A stretch of DNA of 64,000 nucleotides, from the NCBI GenBank assembly GCA_002938315.1, contig PTLL01000003.1, positions 4,005 through 68,004 of the forward strand, given 5' to 3'. Position numbers and translations under genes: made by a program. Positions 58,121 through 64,000 of this stretch are shown in pieces. A model generated the notes under the pieces. The model was not told the origin of the DNA, ran no database searches, and saw nothing but the letters and a program-made list of their open reading frames with translations. Numbering within the stretch: the first letter of the stretch is position 1; each line of letters starts with the position of its first letter. The DNA comes from Alphaproteobacteria bacterium MarineAlpha3_Bin2. Lineage in GTDB: Bacteria; Pseudomonadota; Alphaproteobacteria; Rhodospirillales; Casp-alpha2.

Positions 58121-59488
58121 TTAGCGCATTGGGGGCCCGCCCGGTGTCATCATGCCCGGTGGCATCCCCGGCATCATGCCGCGTTTGCCCATTTTGCCGG
58201 CCTTTTTCATCATTTGTGACATCTGTTTGAACTGTTTGAGGACGCGATTGACGTCCTGGACGGACGTGCCCGATCCGGTGGCGATGCGCCGACGGCGCGA
58301 ACCGTTGAGAAGCTTCGGTTTTTGGCGTTCTTCCATGGTCATGGACCGGATGATGGCTTCCTGGCGGGCGATCGTCTTATCGTCGATGTTGGCCGCCGCG
58401 ATCTTATCTTTCATTTTTGCGGCGCCGGGAATCATGCCCATCAGGCCCTTGACGTCGCCCATCTTGCGGATCTGCTTGAACTGTTCGGCCATGTCTTCAA
58501 GGGTAAATTTGCCCTTCATCATCTTGGCCGCTATTTTTTCGGCTTCCTGCTGGTCGATTACCTCGGCGGCCTTTTCCACCAGCCCGACCACATCGCCCTG
58601 CCCCAAGATCGAACTGGCGATGCGCCCGGCGTCGAAGACCTCAAGGGCGTCCATTTTTTCGCCGGTACCCATCAGCTTGATCGGCCGTCCGGTAACGGCG
58701 CGCATGGAAAGCGCCGCCCCGCCGCGGGCGTCGCCATCGACGCGGGTCAGTACAATGCCGCTGACGCCGATACGATCATTGAAGTCGCGCGCCATGGTGA
58801 CCGCGTCCTGACCGGTCAGCGCATCGGCGACCAGCAAGGTTTCGGTGGGATTGGCGGCGTCCTTGATCTGAGTAACTTCGGTCATCAACTCGTTGTCGAT
58901 ATGCAGCCTGCCGGCGGTGTCCAGAAGAACCACGTCCAGGCCCTCAAGGGCGGCGATCTTTAAGGCGCGCTTGGCGATGGCGACGGGCAATTCGCCTAGG
59001 ACCGGTTCCAGGGTGCGCAGTCCGGTTTGTTCACCCAGCTGCAAAAGCTGTTGTTGCGCCGCCGGGCGATACACGTCGAGCGACGCCATCATGACTTTTT
59101 TATTTTCCCGTTTTTCAATACGGGCACCCAATTTTGCGGTGGTCGTGGTTTTACCCGACCCCTGCAGGCCGACCATCATGATCGCCACCGGCGGCACGCC
59201 GGTAAAATTGATGCCGGCAGGTTCAGACCCAAGCATGGTTACAAGGTGATCATGAACGATCTTGATCACCATTTGGCCGGGCGTCACACTGGCCAATACC
59301 TTTTCGCCGATGGCTTCCTCGGTGACATCGGCAATGAAGTCCTTGACCACGGAAAGCGCCACATCGGCTTCCAGTAAGGCGACGCGGACTTCTCGCATGG
59401 CGTCTTCGACGTCGCCGGCCTTCAAGGCGCCGCGCCGCGTCAGCTTATCGAATATTCCGCCGAGCCGTCCGGTCAGGTCCTCAAACAT
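58121..59488 (-). CDS. ffh: signal recognition particle protein Ffh
   Basis: From the ATG at 59488 (MFEDLTGRLGG…). It has GLQGSGKTTT and DTAGR motifs and a Met-rich M domain and tail. The ORF track starts two codons earlier at a TTG. Confidence 0.95.
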   Translation of the reverse strand: MFEDLTGRLGGIFDKLTRRGALKAGDVEDAMREVRVALLEADVALSVVKDFIADVTEEAIGEKVLASVTPGQMVIKIVHDHLVTMLGSEPAGINFTGVPPVAIMMVGLQGSGKTTTTAKLGARIEKRENKKVMMASLDVYRPAAQQQLLQLGEQTGLRTLEPVLGELPVAIAKRALKIAALEGLDVVLLDTAGRLHIDNELMTEVTQIKDAANPTETLLVADALTGQDAVTMARDFNDRIGVSGIVLTRVDGDARGGAALSMRAVTGRPIKLMGTGEKMDALEVFDAGRIASSILGQGDVVGLVEKAAEVIDQQEAEKIAAKMMKGKFTLEDMAEQFKQIRKMGDVKGLMGMIPGAAKMKDKIAAANIDDKTIARQEAIIRSMTMEERQKPKLLNGSRRRRIATGSGTSVQDVNRVLKQFKQMSQMMKKAGKMGKRGMMPGMPPGMMTPGGPPMR

Positions 59489-59840
59489 GCTCAATCCTAA
59501 AACATCGTCTCAACATAAGGCCGTTGTTGCCTTTTGGGGGGTCCGGAAAATCCAAACACCGAAGGCGCCAGTGCGCGAAACTCGCGGATTGGCGGCGCCC
59601 CTCAAGGCGGTGGTTTTCTTAAAACCCGATGAATTGGCGCGCACTCTATGGATGGCTCCGGTCTAAGTCAAGCGCCGGATCGGGTCTGCGTAAGGGCCGT
59701 TTATTGGCCGGTGGCATTGCGAATATACGGCATCCCCTTGGCACGATATCGATAACATATTAAACCTTAGGTAGTTTATATTTTTAAATACCTCTATAGA
59801 TCGTAATCCTTTGTTCCTATGTATCGTAATTTAGGCCAAA

Positions 59841-60242
59841 ATGACCAAAACGCCCCAGTCCCAAGAGGTGAGCCCCCTCGACAGTCATCTGGGCCGGCGG
59901 ATTGCGCTTCGCCGTCAGCAACTGAATATGTCAGCCGCCGACTTGGAAAAAGCGATTTCGATGGTGCCGGGTAGCGTCGCCCGATTTGAGGCCGGCCGTC
60001 AAAGCCTCAACGCCACCCAGTTATTTACCTTAAGCCGCGCTTTGGATGTGCCGGTGCTGTATTTCTTCGAGGGACTGTCAACGTTGAACAACAATACGTC
60101 GGTGGAGGTGCCGGCGGCGGAATACATCACCGAGGCCGAACGGTTCCTCGACGCGTATTTTAAGATTGCCGATGCTAAGGTGCGCGGCGATATCCTGGGC
60201 CTGATGAAGGCGGCCGCCGGAGAGCAGGAAGAAAACGCCTGA
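59841..60242 (+). CDS. XRE-family helix-turn-helix transcriptional regulator
   Basis: 133 aa, …LGRRIALRRQQLNMSAADLEKAISMVPGSVARFEAGRQSLNATQLFTLSRALDVPVLYFF…, a Cro/C1-type HTH. Confidence 0.75.
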   Translation: MTKTPQSQEVSPLDSHLGRRIALRRQQLNMSAADLEKAISMVPGSVARFEAGRQSLNATQLFTLSRALDVPVLYFFEGLSTLNNNTSVEVPAAEYITEAERFLDAYFKIADAKVRGDILGLMKAAAGEQEENA

Positions 60243-60319
60243 TCCTTCTCCGTTCCCCCGGCCCGTATATAGGGGCGCGCCGGTTTGCATGGCATTGCCT
60301 GCCGGCACTAAAATCACCG

Positions 60320-61009
60320 ATGGATTCTGTAGACATCGACGCCGCCCTGGCCGGAACCGGTTTGATCATCCGGGGCGGGTTTCATCCCGATGCCGGAGAC
60401 ATTGCCGAAGGAATGTCCGGCGCTGCGGCAACGGTGGTGTTGATCGGCAATGCCGGCCCGGATATGTGGACCGTTTTTTCCGCCGCGACTACGCCCAAGG
60501 GGCGGAATGCCGATGCCAACCCCCTTGATGATTGGACCCGAGAGACATTGGACAAGGCGGCCGGCGTGCTTGGTTGCCAGGCGCTGTATCCGTTTGCTGG
60601 CCCTCCCTATTATCCGTTCCAACAATGGGCGTTGAAGGCGGGCGGGGTCTTTGCTTCGCCAACCGGCCCCTTGATCCATCCTCAATTCGGCCTTTGGCAT
60701 GCTTACCGGGGGGCCTTGATTTTCGAACAACGCCTTACGCTTGAGGCGCCGCCCAACCACGCTAGCCCCTGCGAGGATTGTGCGGACAAGCCCTGTCTCA
60801 GCGCCTGTCCGGCTGACGCATTCGTGACCGGCCGCTATGATGTTCCGGCCTGCGTCGGCCATGTCGTATCCGTGGCGGGGACCGAATGCCGGCAAGGCGG
60901 TTGCCTGGCGCGGCGCGCCTGTCCGGTCGGCAGAGAATACCTCTACCGGCCCGATCAGGCACAGTTCCATATGGCAAAATATCTCAAGGCGCAGGGTTCC
61001 CTGGAATAA
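60320..61009 (+). CDS. ferredoxin-like iron-sulfur protein (function unknown)
   Basis: 229 aa with the Cys motifs CEDCADKPCLSACP and CRQGGCLARRACP. Confidence 0.6.
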   Translation: MDSVDIDAALAGTGLIIRGGFHPDAGDIAEGMSGAAATVVLIGNAGPDMWTVFSAATTPKGRNADANPLDDWTRETLDKAAGVLGCQALYPFAGPPYYPFQQWALKAGGVFASPTGPLIHPQFGLWHAYRGALIFEQRLTLEAPPNHASPCEDCADKPCLSACPADAFVTGRYDVPACVGHVVSVAGTECRQGGCLARRACPVGREYLYRPDQAQFHMAKYLKAQGSLE

Positions 61010-61060
61010 AGTCGCGAAACCTGTTTACACGCCGGTGTTTCCCGACATATTACACGCGTT

Positions 61061-61891
61061 ATGAATGAACTGGCCTTTACCAAGATGCATGGGTTGGGCA
61101 ACGATTTCGTTGTCCTGGACACCCGGAAGACGCCCGTCGATTTCGATGCGGTGAGCGCACGCGCTATTTCCGACCGGCGCTTAGGCATCGGTTGCGATCA
61201 AATTTTAATTATCGAAGCCGCCGACAGTGACGCCGAAATTTTTATGCGCATCCTCAACGCCGACGGCAGCGAGGCTGAGGCCTGCGGTAACGGGACCCGT
61301 TGCGTCGCCGCCCTGATGATGGCGGAAACCGGCAACGCCAACGCCCTGATCGAAACCCGGGCCGGATTGCTTCGCGCCGAATCCGTTGATGACGGCAATT
61401 TCGCCGTCGATATGGGTCCGGTCAATCTGGAATGGCAGGCGATCCCGTTGGCCGAAGAAGCCGACACCCTGCACTTGGATGTATCCGTAGGCGAACTGTC
61501 CGACCCGGTCGGCGTCAACGTCGGCAACCCGCACGCCGTTTTCTTCGTCGATGACGCCACCGCCGTGCCGTTGCCGGAATTGGGTCCCCAAATCGAAACC
61601 CATGCGTTGTTTCCTGAACGCACCAATGTCGAAGTGGCGCAAATCATGGGTGACGGCAGTATCCGGCTCAGGGTTTGGGAGCGTGGCGTCGGCATTACCC
61701 GGGCTTGCGGGTCCGGCGCATGCGCCACCGCCGTCGCCGCCAACCGCCGGGAATTGGCTGGGCGCAGCGCCACCGTCATCCTGGACGGCGGCGTCTTGGG
61801 GATCGACTGGCAGGACGACAACCACGTCATCATGACCGGCCCGGTAGCGACCAGCTATGCCGGCGTCATCGATGCGTCGTTGTTCGTGTAG
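61061..61891 (+). CDS. dapF: diaminopimelate epimerase
   Basis: 276 aa, FTKMHGLGNDFVV, with catalytic Cys motifs EACGNG and RACGSG. Confidence 0.93.
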   Translation: MNELAFTKMHGLGNDFVVLDTRKTPVDFDAVSARAISDRRLGIGCDQILIIEAADSDAEIFMRILNADGSEAEACGNGTRCVAALMMAETGNANALIETRAGLLRAESVDDGNFAVDMGPVNLEWQAIPLAEEADTLHLDVSVGELSDPVGVNVGNPHAVFFVDDATAVPLPELGPQIETHALFPERTNVEVAQIMGDGSIRLRVWERGVGITRACGSGACATAVAANRRELAGRSATVILDGGVLGIDWQDDNHVIMTGPVATSYAGVIDASLFV

Positions 61892-61901
61892 GGGAGGAGG
61901 A

Positions 61902-63146
61902 ATGGGTACGCCTAAAGTCATTACCTTGGGCTGCCGCCTGAACACGTTTGAATCCGAAGTCATGCGTGAGATCGGTGCAGACGCCGGACTGGACGACGCC
62001 ATTATCATCAACACCTGCGCGGTTACCGCCGAAGCCGAACGTCAGGCCCGCCAGACCATTCGCCGTGCCAAACGCGATAACCCCGATGCCCGTATCATCG
62101 TCACCGGTTGTGCTGCGCAATTGAACGCCGACGCCTTCGCCGCCATGGCGGAGGTTGACCGCGTACTCGGCAACGAGGAAAAGCTCGACCCCGCCGTCCT
62201 TGCCGGTGACGGCGCCCCGGTGCAGGTGGCCGACATCATGACGGTCAAGGAAACCGCGCCGCCTGTCATCAGCGGGCTTGAAGGCCGCACCCGCGCCTTC
62301 GTGCAAATTCAACAAGGCTGCGATCACCGCTGCACCTACTGCATCATCCCCTTCGCCCGAGGGCCTAACCGCTCCGTCGCCATCGACGCTATTATTGCCC
62401 AGGTCCGGGGCTTGGTGGACGCCAGGTATCTAGAGGTGGTGCTGACCGGCGTCGATATTTGTTCCTACGGCGCCGATGTCAGCGGCACCCCCGATTTGGC
62501 GGGGCTGATTTCCCAATTATTGGCGGCGGTGCCGGGTTTGGCTCGTTTGCGCCTTAGCACCGTCGACCCGGCGGTGGTCGATGAGGCGTTGATCAGGCTG
62601 CTGGCCGAGGAAGAACGCCTGATGCCGCATCTGCACCTCAGCCTGCAAGCCATGGACGATGTGGTCCTGAAGCGGATGAAGCGCCGTCATGCGCGCCACG
62701 ATGCCTTCGATGTCGTCGCCCGCGCCCGCGCCGTGCGCCCCGATACCGTATTCGGCGCCGACCTGATCGCCGGCTTTCCCACCGAAACCGAACCGATGTT
62801 TGAAAACACGCTGGCCGCTGTTGGCGATCTGGATTTGGCCTATCTGCATGTCTTTCCCTATTCACCTAGGCCGGGAACTCCCGCCGCCCGCATGCCCCAG
62901 GTCGATGCCAAGGTCCGAAAAGGTCGCGCCGGCAGGCTGCGATTGGCCGGTGAGGCGGGTCTCAAACGGTTCCTGGAAAGCCGTACCGGAACCACCGCCC
63001 AGGTTCTAGTTGAAAAAGACGGGCACGGTCTAAGCCAGCACTATGCGCCGGTTCGCCTTGATTTTTCCGCCCCCATCGGCGCCATCGTCGATGCCCGCGT
63101 GACCGCCGCCGGTGACGATTACCTGATCGCCAGTAAGGCGGCATGA
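61902..63146 (+). CDS. mtaB: radical-SAM methylthiotransferase (MtaB-type, tRNA t6A37 methylthiolation)
   Basis: From the ATG at 61902 (MGTPKVITLGCRLNTFESE…). It has the radical-SAM CxxxCxxC motif GCDHRCTYCIIP and a TRAM-like C-terminus. Confidence 0.85.
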   Translation: MGTPKVITLGCRLNTFESEVMREIGADAGLDDAIIINTCAVTAEAERQARQTIRRAKRDNPDARIIVTGCAAQLNADAFAAMAEVDRVLGNEEKLDPAVLAGDGAPVQVADIMTVKETAPPVISGLEGRTRAFVQIQQGCDHRCTYCIIPFARGPNRSVAIDAIIAQVRGLVDARYLEVVLTGVDICSYGADVSGTPDLAGLISQLLAAVPGLARLRLSTVDPAVVDEALIRLLAEEERLMPHLHLSLQAMDDVVLKRMKRRHARHDAFDVVARARAVRPDTVFGADLIAGFPTETEPMFENTLAAVGDLDLAYLHVFPYSPRPGTPAARMPQVDAKVRKGRAGRLRLAGEAGLKRFLESRTGTTAQVLVEKDGHGLSQHYAPVRLDFSAPIGAIVDARVTAAGDDYLIASKAA

Positions 63147-63156
63147 GCCAGGATCC

Positions 63157-64000
63157 ATGACAAAGGACGCAGCGCCAGATCGAAAAGCCGGCTTGCTGCA
63201 CGGTCTCGCCCGCTCGTCGGCGAAGTTAACCAGTGGCATTACCGGCCTATTCACCAAGCGCAAGTTGGACCGGGACGCCCTGGACGGGCTGGAAGAATTG
63301 CTGATTACCAGTGATCTGGGCGTTGCCACCGCCAGCCAGCTTACGCAATCCCTGGCCGCCCAACGCCTGGACAAGGAAGCAACTGCCGATGAGGTCAAGG
63401 GATTCCTGGCCGACGAAATCGCCGCCATCCTCACCCCGGTGGCCCGGCCCCTGGTTCTTGACCCGGCCATCAAGCCTTATGTGGTGCTGGTCTGTGGCGT
63501 CAACGGCAGCGGCAAGACGACCACCATCGCCAAGCTGGCCAACCAATGGCGGAGGGCGGGCAAATCGGTGATGTTGGCCGCCGGCGATACCTTCCGTGCC
63601 GCCGCCATCGAACAGCTTCAGATTTGGGGGGCCAGGGCGGGGTGCACGGTGATCGCAGGTAAAACCGGCGACGATGCTGCGGGGCTTGTATTCGACGCTA
63701 TCAAACGCGCGTCTGAAGAACACGCCGATATCTTGATCGTGGACACCGCAGGACGCTTGCAGAACAAGCAGGACCTGATGGCGGAACTAGAAAAAATTAT
63801 TCGCGTCATGCGCAAGGTCGATGCGACCGCGCCCCATTCGTCCCTGTTGGTGATGGACGCCACCGTCGGCCAGAACGCCCATTCCCAGGTCGAAATCTTT
63901 AAAGAAGCCGTCGATGTGTCGGGCCTGATCGTGACCAAACTGGATGGCTCGGCCCGGGGCGGCGTGGTCGTCGCGCTGGCTGAAAAATTTGGGCTTCCCG
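63157..64000 (+). CDS. ftsY: signal recognition particle receptor FtsY (3' end beyond window)
   Basis: Own translation from the ATG at 63157: MTKDAAPDRKAGLL…GVNGSGKTTTIAKLA…DTAGRLQNK…TKLDGSARGG. The frame is open to the window end. Confidence 0.9.
   Translation, partial: MTKDAAPDRKAGLLHGLARSSAKLTSGITGLFTKRKLDRDALDGLEELLITSDLGVATASQLTQSLAAQRLDKEATADEVKGFLADEIAAILTPVARPLVLDPAIKPYVVLVCGVNGSGKTTTIAKLANQWRRAGKSVMLAAGDTFRAAAIEQLQIWGARAGCTVIAGKTGDDAAGLVFDAIKRASEEHADILIVDTAGRLQNKQDLMAELEKIIRVMRKVDATAPHSSLLVMDATVGQNAHSQVEIFKEAVDVSGLIVTKLDGSARGGVVVALAEKFGLP

Overview
GC-rich bacterial core-chromosome segment. Gene order looks alphaproteobacterial, probably Rhodospirillales-like; this is inferred from synteny, not searched. 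Nearly everything is housekeeping: dnaG (5' part)/yqeY-like, carA-carB-greA, an Lrp-family regulator, trxB, a LysR regulator, an EF-G paralogue, aatA, uvrB, sixA, atpHAGDC, priA, DUF484-xerC, an MFS transporter, the mdh-sucCDAB-lpdA TCA cluster, nadA-nadC, zapE, sdhCDAB, a CitE-like lyase, asd, leuB/leuCD, the ffh-rpsP-rimM-trmD-rplS cluster, dapF-mtaB-ftsY (5' part). I found no rRNA, tRNA, CRISPR array, transposase, phage gene or recognisable defence gene. I do not see a convincing multi-gene novel system. The most unusual items are non-coding or small: (1) a ~1 kb gene-free gap between sdhC and the CitE-like gene, holding an AT-rich block with DnaA-box-like motifs and a ~525-nt hairpin-dense unit ending in a plus-strand intrinsic terminator, possibly an orphan ncRNA; (2) a 264-bp MITE-like element with 33-bp terminal inverted repeats filling the sucB-lpdA spacer; (3) a 33-codon membrane micro-ORF overlapping both the carA stop and the carB start; (4) an orphan flagellin-like gene; (5) a FecR-domain gene whose signal peptide lies in another frame; (6) Lys-rich or acidic low-complexity C-terminal tails on Mdh, SucA, UvrB, L19 and S16. 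All functional calls rest on my reading of the translated motifs. No database search was run.
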